A DNA stretch of 64,000 nucleotides from Lytechinus pictus (Eukaryota), in contig NC_087252.1 in the NCBI RefSeq assembly GCF_037042905.1, forward strand, positions 6,264,001 to 6,328,000, read 5' to 3'. The notes under the pieces are model-generated. The model had not been told where the DNA came from. It searched no databases and saw only the letters and a program-made list of their open reading frames with translations. This document shows positions 12,535 to 24,559 of this stretch, one piece after another (within the stretch, counting starts at the first letter, position 1; each line of letters starts with the position of its first letter). The position numbers and the translations under genes were made by a program.

Positions 12535-12690
12535 TGGGGCCAACTCAGGTTTCCCATCCTTGCTACATCTGCCCACTTCCTTCCAATAAGATATGACCTC
12601 ACTTCTTGGGCTCCAGTGAATTACATTCATGATATCAGTGATTTGAACACCATGCCAAATGCCTTTGTTGTTACCAATACTTGCCTGCTC
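12535..12690 (-). pseudogene. RecQ-family helicase C-terminal lobe fragment; copies at about 13510-13660, 17330-17485 and 18495-18640
   Basis: After a ttacatttcag acceptor reads SRQVLVTTKAFGM(frameshift)VQITDIMNVIHWSP......SYW.EVGRCSKDGKP. This corresponds to RecQ motifs V and VI (LVAT.AFGMG...DI..VIHW...YxQE.GR.GRDG). Confidence 0.8.
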
Positions 12691-12954
12691 TGAAATGTAA
12701 TTTGTACATGTATATCCTGTTGGATACCACCTTTTTGGATGTCAGTTACAGACACCTTGGCCCTCATGCAGCTCTTGTACAAATTACTTCCCTCGTGATT
12801 TTTTACATTCCAGATCCTCAACGTTGAGGCATCCTCTGAACTCCCCATAAATTCTACACACTTAGAATTACACTTTTAATTCACATCTTTCTTTATACGG
12901 ATTTTAGCTTTGTGATTGACGCTCAGATGCATCCCTTCATCGTGCGTATAAAAG

Positions 12955-13212
12955 CATATATGATGCATCTGGCGGATCAAAAGTCTGAAAAACTCTTTCC
13001 TCGGTCCGCCAAGGTCGTCAGCACCCTCCCGGTTCCGTCCAAAGATGACTTGTGGAAAATGACATCTAACATCCCAGTAGCATCAAAATTAGGGCGCCTT
13101 ATTGCCCTTAACGCGCCTGAAAGGGGGTCTGCACGCAGCACCCGTATAAGTATTACTTTGTCTGGGTCAAGGGCTGAAGCTAGTTGGGTAAGCTGCGCCT
13201 GGAGCGTTTGCC
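12955..13212 (-). pseudogene. HECT-domain exon fragment, type B; second type-B copy at about 14975-15222
   Basis: Reads NFDATGMLDVIFHKSSLDGTG(frameshift)EGADDLGGPRKEFFRLLIRQ. Confidence 0.7.
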
Positions 13213-14017
13213 TGAATGATGTACAATTACAAAGAGAAGGGATTAAAATCTCATAATAAAATGATTAGTTAATTGTTGGTGCATTTTTGCCCACCTAATT
13301 CAGATCTTGGCCCTAGATGAGTGAATTATTAACCAAATTTGCCAACATGACTGTATATAAATACTCTTATAAAGCTTCATTTTATTTCATTTATCACAAT
13401 CCGTCAAAAGGATCATGATTTGAAGTTAAAACCTGCTATTTTCACAGCCTGTGTCGACCAGATTGAAACTCCAGAGGATTTTAAGACTGGTACCACATGG
13501 GCAAAACAGATCTGGGGCCAACTCAGGTTTCCCATTCCTGCTACATCTGCCCACTTCCTGCCAATAAGATATGTCATCACTACTTGGGCTCCAATGAATT
13601 ACATTCATGATATCAGTGAATTGAGCACCCATACCAAATGCCTTTGCCGTGACCGATACTTGTAGGAGGCTTGAAGTTGTTTAACAAATTTTCTTATCAA
13701 TTTCATTGTCTTCTTCATAAGATTGACTTATGAGGTTTATTTTCTGTACATCAGGAAATAATTTCTTGTCTAAAGCCAGAATAGCATGATAGATGTATGG
13801 TTTGCGTTTGCAGCCAACAGTGTCTTGATGTGGAAGAGGTTCATCGTGGTGAAGGATTGAGTAGAAGAAATAAACAAAGCTGCATGCCTGTTTTGCAGCA
13901 ATGGGGGGGCCTCACTCATGTGAAGCATTAAATCATTAGCATGATGAGCCATTTCTATTTCTGTTATGAAATTGTTTATAATCAAACCCTTGCTTGCTCA
14001 CCTCCTTTAATTCAGGT

Positions 14018-14950
14018 ACCTGGCGCAGACAATCAATTGTTTGGTGTTACTGACGTTGGTCTATTCGTCAACTTGCACCCAAATTTTGAACTTTGATTGA
14101 TTTCTTGAAGTCTATCTTCCCAATTGTCCCCCACAACTCTTGAACACACTCTAGTTTAGCCTGCTCTGAAGAGTAATTTGTGTCCTCCTGTCAGCTGTAA
14201 AAGTTGGGAATCGGAAATGTTTAATAATTTATTTTCCTCTTTTATTTTTATCAGAATTTATTTATATAAACATTATTAGCATATATATGACAAGCACTAG
14301 TCAAACATTACTACCATATAAACAGTATATGAGTATGTTTGTATTAAGTCGTTTAAAACATTCATAAAATGAAAACAAAGCATGTTAAAAACATTAGATA
14401 TTATAATAAGAATGACAGTCAAAATGAAAAATGATGGAACAAAATACAAATAACCAGATTATGAAAATATCATCACATTTATTGACCAACCAAACAAACT
14501 AGCTAGACTGCTTCAGTTACAGAATTGATAAAGTTTAAGCAATGGGAGGTCTTTTGATAGAAGTACAATAGATTTATAGACATTTTTAAAAATCAACTAA
14601 ATCAACCGACGTTCATTGTTCATGACCCGCCACATTTTCTAGGTTATAGTAGAGTCTAGAAACTAACATTTCTTTTATCTTGATATAAGAGCTGAATACA
14701 TCTGCTTGGAAGAGTATTAAAACATTTTTTTTTATTGGTCTTTTTAATTAGTTATGAACTTTTGGCAAACTTACTAAGTCCAGGTGTTGAAGATGAGTCA
14801 CACTTCATGAAAATACATACTGCAAAGAGCTTTTGAAATGGCTTACCGGTTCGTATTGGTCGTGCGTTGGAAAGGGCCCTGGATACCACCTTTTCGGATG
14901 ATGTCAGCTACAGACACCTCATTCCTCATGCAGCTCTTGTGCAAATTACT
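14018..14950 (-). pseudogene. hAT (ZNF862/ZMYM1-like) transposase remnant: two exons and the intron between them
   Basis: The exon at about 14195-14018 (tacag acceptor, gtacc donor) reads NYSSEQ...LQEINQSSKFG(frameshift)VQVDE*TNVSNTKQLIVCAR, the hAT first catalytic motif DESTD.S...QL. The upstream exon ends in a gtaag donor near 14775 and is homologous to 17520-17850. Confidence 0.75.
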
Positions 14951-16276
14951 TCCTTCCTGAAAGCACGGATGGTGATGCATCTGGCGGATCAAAAGTCGGA
15001 AAAACACTTTCCTCGGTCTGCCAAGGTCGTCAGCACCCTCCTGGTTCCGTCCAAAGATGACTTGTGGAAAATGACATCTAACATCCCAGTAGCATCAAAA
15101 TTAGGGTGCCTTATTGCCCTTAACGCGCCTGAAAGGGGGTCTGCACGCAGCACCCGTATAAATATTACTTTGTCTGGGTCAAGGGCTGAAGCTAGTTGGG
15201 TAAGCTGCGCCTGGAGCGTTTGCCTGAATGATGTACAATTACAAAGAGAAGGGATTAAAATCTCATAATAAAATGATTAGGTAACTGTTGGTGCATTTTT
15301 GCCCACCTAATTCAGATCTTAGCCCTAGATGAGTGAATTATCAACCAATTTTGCCAACATGACTGTATATGAATACTCTTATAATAAAAAAATATAAAGC
15401 TTCATTTTATTTCATTTATCAGTTAAGGTGGCAAATGGAAACACAATCCGTCAAAAGGATCATGATTTGAAGTTAAAACCTACCATTTTCATAGAAAGCA
15501 TGGTAAAGATTCTTGGCAAGAGTTCCATATGCACATACCGCACAGGCAAGCAAAACAGATTCACGACGGACTTGGCGACATTGTGAATATTCGCGCTTTG
15601 GTCTATTTGTGATGTCCCCTCGGGGCCACCACACAAAATGTGTGATTTTTACTTGTAATACTGTTCTCGAGTAGATCCCAGTTTTAGGTGCTTCTTTAAT
15701 GCACCCTTAAAGTGAGGAAAATTTTTGACAGCTTTTACTTGATTAGGAAGAGCATTCCAAAATTGGATGCTATTAAAATAAAAAGTCTTCCCTATATGAC
15801 CCTTACATTTCGGTAATAAAAAACTAAAATTACCATTTCATCCAAACACAAGACTTAGCTGCTTCTCATCTGAAAGTCATTTTATTCTTGCCTGTAGAAC
15901 CACATTCTTTGCTATTGCTTCAGGAGTACAGAGTAGTAAGGTGAAATTCCCATTGCATATACTGCAAAGAGCCCTCTCCTGTATCGGTTTGCTGGTTCAT
16001 ACTGGTCATCTGTTAGAAGGTGTCCTGGATAGTGGATATCACCATTTTAGATGATGTCAGTTACAGACACCTTGGGCCTCATGCAGCTCTTGTGCATATT
16101 ACTTCCCTCATGATTTTTTACGTTCCAGATCCTCAACATTGAGGCATCCTCTGAACTCCCCATAAATTCTGCACACATAGAATTACACTTTTAATTCACA
16201 TCTTTCTTTATACGGATTTTAGCTTTTTGATTGACGCTCAGATGCATCCCTTCATCGTGCATATAAAAGCATATAT

Positions 16277-16528
16277 GATGCATCTGGCGGAGCCATAGTC
16301 GAAAGAACTCCTTCCTTGGTCCCCCAAGTTCAACGGCACCTTCACCTGTCCTGTCCATAGCTGAGGTGCGAAAAATGATGTCCAGCATCCCAGTTGGATC
16401 AAAATTAGGGCGCCTTATCGCCCTTAATGCACCAGAAAGGGGATCGGCACGCAGCACCTGTATCAGTATTATTTTCTCAGGGTCAAGGGCTGAAGCTAGT
16501 TGGGTAAGCTGCGCCTGGAGCTTTTGCC
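16277..16528 (-). pseudogene. HECT-domain exon fragment, type A; third type-A copy at about 17950-18197
   Basis: LRADPLSGALRAIRRPNFDPTGMLDIIFRTSAMDRTGEGAVELGGPRKEFFRL, nearly identical to 200-451. Confidence 0.7.
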
Positions 16529-17519
16529 TGAATGATGTACAATTACAAAGAAAAGGGATTAAAATCTCATAGTAAAATGATTCTTAATTTTTGTGCACCA
16601 TATTCATATCTTGGCCCCTGGCCCAACAGAACTGGCGACGTCGTCAATTTCATTGTGAATATTCGTAATTTAGTCTATTTATGATGTCCCTTCAGGGCCA
16701 CCATACAAAATGTGTGATTTTTACTTGTAATACTGTTCTCGATTAGATTCTAGTTTTAGGTGCTTCTTTAATGCTCTTTTAACAGCTTTTAATTGAGTAG
16801 GAAGAGCATTCAAAAATTGAATTCCATTAAATAAAAAGTGTCCCTATATGACCCTTATGTTTTGGTAATACAAAATTAAAATTACTATTTCATCCAAACA
16901 CACGACTTGGCTGCTCCTCATCTGAAAGTCATTTGATTCTTGCCTGTAGATTCACCTTCTTTGCTATTGCTTCAGGAGTACAGAAAAGTAAGGTGAAATT
17001 CCCATCTTCGAATTCTTACTTTTCCATAGAATTGCATACAATTCTTCATGACTGGCTGTGCAATGGAGTTGCATGCAGAAACGCTTTCGAGGTTCTTGCT
17101 GCAGCAGTATTGGGATCAATCCAGGTGAATCCCTCATTGGCCAGGTGTTCTTGGATAAAAGATGTAAAAAATGTGTTCATGTCCTGTTTCTTTGGCTCAA
17201 ACAACAGTCCAGAAAACAGCACATTCTTGCCTCTTACCTCTGGTGGTACTTCATTGACCACAGCCTGTATTGGCCAGATTGAAAAGTCAGAAGATTTTGA
17301 GACTGGTACAACATGGGCAAAACAGATCTGGGGCCAACTCAGGTTTCCCATCCTTGCTACATCTGCCCACTTCCTGCCAATAAGATATGACCTCACTTCT
17401 TTGGCTCCAATGAATTACATTCATGATATCAGTGATTTGAACACCATACCAAATGCCTTTGTTGTTACCAATACTTGCCTGCTCTGAAATGTAATTTGTA
17501 TATCCTGTTGGCTGCAAAG

Positions 17520-17845
17520 TTGAACTTTTGCCAAACTCACAGTGTCCAGGTGATGGAGATAGTCACACCCCATTGATTCTGCAAACTTCAAAAGAGCCTG
17601 GAACTTTGTTGTATGGGAAAGCTCTTCCTTGCATAAAAATACATACTGCAATAAGCTTCTCAAACGGCTCACCGGTTTGTACCGGTTATGCGTTGGAAAG
17701 CACACTGGATACCACCTTTTTGGATGATGTCAGTTACAGACACCTTGGCCCTCATGCAGCTCTTGTGCAAATTACTTCCCTCATGATTTTTTATGTTCCA
17801 GATCCTCAACGCTGAGGCATCCTCTGAACTCCCCATAAATTCTAC
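17520..17845 (-). pseudogene. hAT transposase N-terminal fragment; partial copies at 1-95, 12725-12855 and 15955-16170
   Basis: Reads LRIWNIKNHEGSNLHK...GGIQCAF, then LQYVFLCKEELSHTTKFQALLKFAESMGCDYLHHL. This resembles the ZNF862/DUF4371-type region (Y.L.KEE..HTTKF..LL....LG..YL). Confidence 0.75.
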
Positions 17846-20800
17846 ACACATAGAATTAAACTTTTAATTCACATCTTTCTTTATATGAATTTTACCTTTG
17901 TGATTGACATTCACTTGCATCCCATCATCATGCATATAAAAGCACGGATGGTGATGCCTCTGTCGGAGCAATAGTCGAAAGAACTCCTTCCTTGGTCCCC
18001 CAAGTTCAACGGCACCTTCACCTGTCCTGTCCATAGCTTAGGTGCGAAAAATGATGTCTAGCATCCCAGTTGGATGAAAATTAGGGCGCCTTATCGCCCT
18101 TAATGCACCAGAAAGGGGATCGGCACCCGCATCAGTATGATTTTCTCAGGGTCAAGGGCTTAAGCTAGTTGGGTAAGCTGCGCCTGGATCGTTTGCCTGA
18201 ATGATGTACAATTACAAAGAGAAGGGATTAATATCTCATAATAAAATGATAAGGTAATTGTTGGTGCATTTTTGCCCACCTAATTCAGATCTTGGCCCTA
18301 GATGAGTGAATTATCAACCAATTTTGCCAACATGACTGTATATGAATACTTTTATAAAGCTTCATTTTATTTCATTTATCACAATCCGTCAAAAGGATCA
18401 TGATTTGAAGTTAAAACCTGCTATTATCACAGCCTGTGTTGACCAGATTGAAAATCCAGAGGATTTTAAGACTGGTACAACATGGGCAAAACAGATCTGG
18501 GGCCAACTCAGGTTTCCCATCCTTGCTACATCTGCCCACTTCCTGCCAATAAGATATGTCATCACTACTTGGGCTCCAATGAATTAAATTCATGATATCA
18601 GTGATTTGAACACCATGCCAAATACCTTGTTGTCGCCAAGTACTCGAACTGTACTTGTAGGAGACTTGAAGTTGTTTAACAAATTTTCTTATCAATTTCC
18701 TTGTCTTCTTCATAAGATTGACTTATGAGCTTCATTTTCTGTACATTAGAAAATAATTTCTTGTCCGAAGCAAGAATAGCTTGGTAGATGAATGGTTTGT
18801 TTTGGCAACCAGCAGTGTCTTGTTGGACTTTTTTTTCTTTTTATTCATCATCAGCATTGAAGTGAGCCACTTCAATGCTGCTTTTGTATCAAGAGCATCA
18901 CTGAAATGGAAAATTTGGGGGCAGTCGAGGGAAGCACAAATGAAAGTAGGCTTGAGAGATATGAGTGAAATAATATCATTACGAATCTCATTGGTTATTG
19001 TAGCTGAGGGGATAGAAGGAAAAATAAAACTCCAAAGTATATCCAGTCAGCGATGTGCCTTTTGAAATGTGCTGCCCCTTGTGGATACACAGTGCACTTC
19101 AATCATATTTCACCCATACATTGTCTTGCCTCCTGCTGAATATCACTATAAACATGATATCCTAGCCTGAATGTTATGCCATTGTGACAGCACCAATTTT
19201 GTTTTCCCGTCTTGTTGCCGGAATTCATCAATTCTGCAAAATTTAGGTTTCCCCTTCCCTTACATATCATTATGGAGGGGTTTATCCAACTGCTTCACGG
19301 GCTTTCCTGGGTTCAACATCGTGGTACGATAATCCTCAAACAGCAGGCATCTGCTAAACTGGAATGGGTGCAGGGGTGACGTCCACAGCCTTTTACAATA
19401 ATCAAGGCCCTTAGAACACATAAGAAAAATATTTAAAAAATAATTTAAAAAAGGCAAAAAAAAATAGAACTTCCTTTTTGATTGATTGTTTCTGGTTGAC
19501 TCACCCTCTTGTAAATGGTCTGTCTGTGTGGAAGCAAGGAGCTGTGAAATCGGGGTTACTGATAGGGGCATCTGCAGGAATCTTATTGGTTATTGTAGCT
19601 GAGAGAAGAAGCCAGGTATAGAGGGCGCAATAATACTCTAGAGTATATCCAGTTGGCGATTAGACTTCCAAAACGTGCTTCCCCTTGTGGATACAAAATG
19701 CACTTCATCCAGACACAAGACTCAGCTGCTTCTCATCTGAAAGCCAGGCCTTGCCTGTAGATCCACCTTCTTTGCTATTGCTTCAGGAGTACAGAGTAGG
19801 TGAAATTCCAAACTTTAAAATCTTGCTTTTCCATTCCTGGCATATTAGCTTGATTTTTTTTTCATCCACCATTCAGCATGCAGTGTTCATCAACATTTTT
19901 TCACAGTTTACACCGAAAATCCCACACTTCCTCGTTGACAAAAAGTATGTTGGACCAGGTTGTTGAGGATTAGCGGGATAGTGAACCTGTTGTGCATAGT
20001 CAAAGCTGTAGTGCATCTTGCCCTGCCTGGAGTTTGGTGGATGTCGTCCAAGGTCACCGTCTTCACCAGCAATGCTTTTCTTTGCAGCAGCAGCCTCTTC
20101 CCTGTAAAAAAAATAAACATAACAATTATTAATAAAAATATGTGAAATATTACTGTCATTAATTTAAAAATCAAAACTTTAATACGAGAGACAAAACACA
20201 ATGGACGAACCTTGCATTGCTGTTTTGTAGCTTATAAGCATTTGATTGGTATACAACTTGTTTGCTTGCTTGCATTTATACAACTTGTTAATTAAACTAT
20301 TGCATCCAGTCCGTTTAAGAAACAATTAATTTAGATTGGGGATCGACAACATCTAATAACTTTGGAGCGAGAAAGACAAGGAGAGACTATGAAGAAAAAG
20401 ATGGTCTTGAATGTACCTGTACTTTGTTCTTTCTACTAAAACCTCATCCAGGTGCTGCTGAGGGTGCTGCAGCTGTTCCAGCTTTTCGTCTTCTGTCTGG
20501 TTCGCTTTCATGAAAAATCTCTGGGTGTTTTGCTGGCAGGTCCAGCAGAGGTCCGTCATAGGTTTAGCTGTTACAATAAGTGGAGTGTACTGTCGCCACA
20601 CAGTCTTGAATGTGCTTATAGCCATTGCTCGACTACCTACATGCACAAAATGATAAAAAAATAGAAAAAGAAAACATGGTTATAAACACACAAGAAACAA
20701 TAAAGAAGAAAAATGACCAAATTCATCATGCTATCAGGTACAACTGGTATGAGGCGAAAAGAATTAAATAATTAAATATTTCAACAAGAACGGATCTTTA

Positions 20801-20897
20801 GAAATGGACATTCATTGTGAAAATAAGATTCATACAAAATAAAGGATGTTTATCACATAAGAGGAGGGAGGGAGATCCATTTTCATGTCCTTCGCCA

Positions 20898-22278
20898 CTA
20901 GGCCTGGGAGTAAAATTCGATCCATCGAAGCATTCGATCAGTTTGCCAACAATCGGCACTCGAATGTTACTTTTTACACTAATCGAATGTTCGCCAGATG
21001 ATGATTACTGATTTGAAACATTCGATTATCAAAAGTACATGACTGTAAATTTAGATTTTTGAAAACAAAGTGCAAGATATCAAATGAAAATCATGCTAAA
21101 ATTAACGAATTCCAAAGATCGTATCTCTTTCATGACACACAATGACGACTAAGCCGCGGCGACCGCGCACAATTCAGATGTGTTGGACTGATGTGTGCAC
21201 GTACGTCTCTATAGGCGCTGTGCTGGACGCACTGAGTCGGGTGAGCTCAGTTTGCTCATTATACATTGTATGTGATTACAGCCACGCCCAATAATCATTC
21301 CAAAAGCGCTAACAAACACGCCCATATTAAATCCTCTGAATCAGTCCTGAGAAGCCACACCTCAGTATCGAACTTGCTATATTATGTTATTCCCGCCCAC
21401 TCAAACAATATCAGTGACTTACCACGTGCGCGAAAGCATTGTCACTGTACGAGGTAGTTTTGAGGCAGAGCCTATTAAACCAACTAGAACCGCCCACGAA
21501 ATAGGCCCCCGCAAAATTAGTCACGCGCAGTTCTCAATCTCCTTTGCTATTCGTTCTTTGAGTTGGGCTCATGGGCGGGATCTACGTTCTCATCAGCGCA
21601 AGTACTAATATACGTAAGACATACAACACATCCATTCCCAGTCACGTGCAGTTCTCAATCTCCTTCGCTATTCGTTCTTTGAATGGGCTTGTGGGCGGGA
21701 TCTACGTTCGCATCAGCACAATACATACAACACGTCCATTCACAGTCACGCACAGTTCTCAATCTCCTTTACTATTCGTTCTTGGAATGGGCTCATGGGC
21801 GGGACGTACATGTATGTTCATATCAGCGCAAGTACTAACATACGCAATACATACATACAACACATCCATGCATTCTAGAGGTCACGCACATAGTTCTCAA
21901 ACTCCTTGTTATTCGTCCATTGTGTGCACTCATGGGCGGGATTTATGACATACCAGAGCAAGTGCAAGCATAGCTAATACATACACCATATAGCGGTCAC
22001 GCACAGTTTTCAATCTCCTTTGCTATTCGTTCATTGTGTGCAGTGAGGGCGGGATAAATGACAAAACAGAGCAAGTACATGTTCCTTGTATGTACATACA
22101 ATGCATTTATTCCAAGTTCCACTCCCATCATACCAGTTAGCGCAGCTACCGGTAGGTCATGGAAGTAGGTCAACTTTTGTGTGTGTGATTTCTGATATTC
22201 CAGGAATCTCGATTAATCGAACTAATCGATTGTTTACTCTGGCGAACAATCGAATGGCAAAAAGGGTATTCGTCCCAC
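20898..22278. mobile_element. hAT-type non-autonomous element in a Sola intron, carrying an internal tandem array
   Basis: Begins TAGGCCTGGGA. TCGA-rich subterminal repeats at both ends, including the inverted pair tcgaatgttcgccaga / tctggcgaacaatcga. The right terminus is degenerate. Confidence 0.55.
21518..22085. repeat. Tandem array of about 5 diverged units of 105-135 bp
   Basis: Recurring gtcacgc(a/g)cagttctcaatctcctttgctattcgtt ... tgggcgggatctacg ... cagcgcaagtacta ... catacaacac. Confidence 0.85.
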
Positions 22279-24559
22279 TTCATTATCTTTATGGTTCAGA
22301 ATTTTTTGAAGAAAGTAACAACAATGCTAATCGCAATGAATTTAAAAAAATCATACATAAACAAACAAAGTACTCCAATAGAAGAATCAAAATATGAAAA
22401 GGTGATAACTACATTGTCCCTCCATAGAGGCTCGATACAATGAATGAATCAAGGCCTTGGTCGATGATGATGGTATCAACCAAATGTCAGCCCTTGAGAA
22501 TCCGGGAACCCTCCCTGTTACGACTGTAGGAAAAACAAAGAAATAATAAATAATAGAAATTATACAGGATTTGAAGCCTAAAATCGTGAACAAGAATGCA
22601 GTACGTATTTAATGAACGTACCAATGCATAAACATGTTGACGCAAATAGCACTTCCATGAAAAAAGTACTGGGAGCGTGAAATCTCTCTGACTTTCTGAT
22701 CCTTGCGCTTGTGGAGTAGAAGGGCTAATATCCTGGGTTGCGCTGTCCCATGATGACTATGTCCTTCATCTCTCTCGAAAGTCCCAAAATATCCAGTCTG
22801 TACGTCATGACATCCTCTGCAGGGAACAGCTTCTTGCAGCGACGACTGCAGGTACACTTCTGTCAGTCTTCAAACTTGCGTCTTTCTTCCTCAGCATCTA
22901 CAACAGCAGTATCTGTGATGAGAAGAAACAAATAAAACCAGTAACAAATAAAACAGAGCTGCAAACTTCACAATTTTTTTTATATGGCTTTTAAGTATTT
23001 TAGAGTTATAAATTTTATGCTCACATGCTCCAGGACTGTTGATTCTGAATGGAATTGAATAAAAATGAATGAGAGTTGAAACTTTTAGTTTTATTTTATA
23101 TTTATACCACATCGTCCACCTCCATATTGTCGTCATCACTCTTATCTCTCATTCTGGTCCGGCGAGTACTCATGTAATCTGCGACGACAGACCGTAGCCT
23201 GGCTTCTTCCTCCGGGGACACCATCCGTAGATTAGCTGCCTCCAACTGCTCCATGCCGCTAGAACATCCCTCTCCTCTCTTTCTCTAGCCCGATCACGAC
23301 GGGTCATTTTGTCACAGTGTACCGAAGCGAAGGCGACACGCGGAATTGCTTGTTGACTAATTTGGTTTGAACGAAGACAAATAAATTGTATGTATACGAT
23401 GATAACAGTGCGAGAACTGATTAAAAAGCTACAATAATCCGACTTTAAATGCAGTCTCAACTTTCAACATTGCACTGCACACGCCATTTCCAAGTTGATG
23501 ATCGACACTTCACACATTTGAAAGAACAAAAGCCCGGACGTCGCGAGTAACAAAACCCAGACTAGACCCAGCCGGCCGAGCGCCGTAGCGGCGGATTCGG
23601 CGGATTTTGGGAAATCGGCGGATTCCGTATCCGCCGGCAGATATCGTTCTAAATGGCTGATATCGTTTTTAATCAGAACCATATCCGCCGGGTTTGACGC
23701 GGCTTGATGTTTGCAGATTTGGTTCTGTTGACTATACGTTTAATATTGATTTGGACAGACAACCTCGGCAGCGCCACGCGCATGCGCAGCTCTGGCAATT
23801 ATATCGATCGCAATGGGGAGGGGGGGATTTGTTTTTTTAGTCTTTTCTTTCAATATTTTTGTTAAGGAGTCTGAATTAATTAAAGGGGACCAGAAGTTCA
23901 CCCTGACAAAAGTTAGATACGCCACGTACTGTTTGGTGCTTCCTAATTTACCTCTCAGTCATCTAATTTTAAGATCAATATGGGATCTTTAGTGAAATAT
24001 AATTTCTCCTTTATATCTTTTGTTTCTCTTACTATACCCCCGTCTGGTTTTCATCTCCTTATTTTTTGCCTTTCTTTCTGTCCCTGCTCATTTCACCCCT
24101 TTTGCCTCTTCTCCAGTTTCCTAACCTTTGTGTCACATTATGAATATATCTGGGGCGTATACGCGTGGGTGATATAATGTAGCACCAAAAAAGGGGAAAT
24201 AGAAAGAGGAAGGGGAGGGAGAGAAAATAGAAAAAATATAAAAGAAAATGTGGAGGAAATAATAGTAATACATTGGAATTTCGAAAATCAAGAATTTCAT
24301 TTGCAGTGATCATTATCTATACTTCCCTTTAGAAAGCTTAATTACAAAATCCTGATTTTAATTATCGAACCTGCCATTGTTTACCTTTATTTAATACTCT
24401 GTATCAATCATAATTGATGCATATTGTACCCAATTTATCCCTAATTGTGATAAGAAGGATTTTTCATACTGCAATACCTGGTATAAAATAAATTGACAAA
24501 TGCATGTTATTTGATTACAAGCATTACTATCATATCTTGGGGTAAATTCTTTGTATATA

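Larger units (their letters stand above)
19860..23792 (-). mobile_element. Sola (probably Sola2) transposon, 5' portion, with an intron-containing transposase pseudogene. Exons about 22912-22622, 22523-22413, 20636-20417 and 20101-19860
   Basis: Exons read CTCSRRCKKLF...KDIVIMGQ...YFFHGSAIC; GRVPGFSRADIWLIPSSSTK; STFKTVWRQYTPLIVTAKPMTDLCWTCQ; MHYSFDYAQQVHYPANPQQPGPTYFLSTRKCGIFGVNCE (first catalytic Asp). Candidate terminus gcatgcgcagCTC at 23792 (GAG on minus). Truncated before the remaining catalytic residues. Confidence 0.8.

Noticed and set aside
12912..17487. Plus-strand ORFs of 68-184 aa (12912, 14867, 16366, 16933 and others)
   Set aside because: Antisense shadows of the minus-strand HECT, EnSpm and RecQ remnants, with no recognisable protein features.
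18900..19700. Exon-like minus-strand segments, partly duplicated (about 18985-19100 and 19583-19705)
   Set aside because: They look like more captured coding debris, but I could not assign a family in any frame, so no call was made.
21518..22085. Regularly spaced repeats resembling a CRISPR array (also 29545-30009 and 42340-42810)
   Set aside because: The sequence between the repeats is homologous between units instead of being unique spacers. There are no cas genes, the context is eukaryotic, and the arrays lie inside TIR elements.
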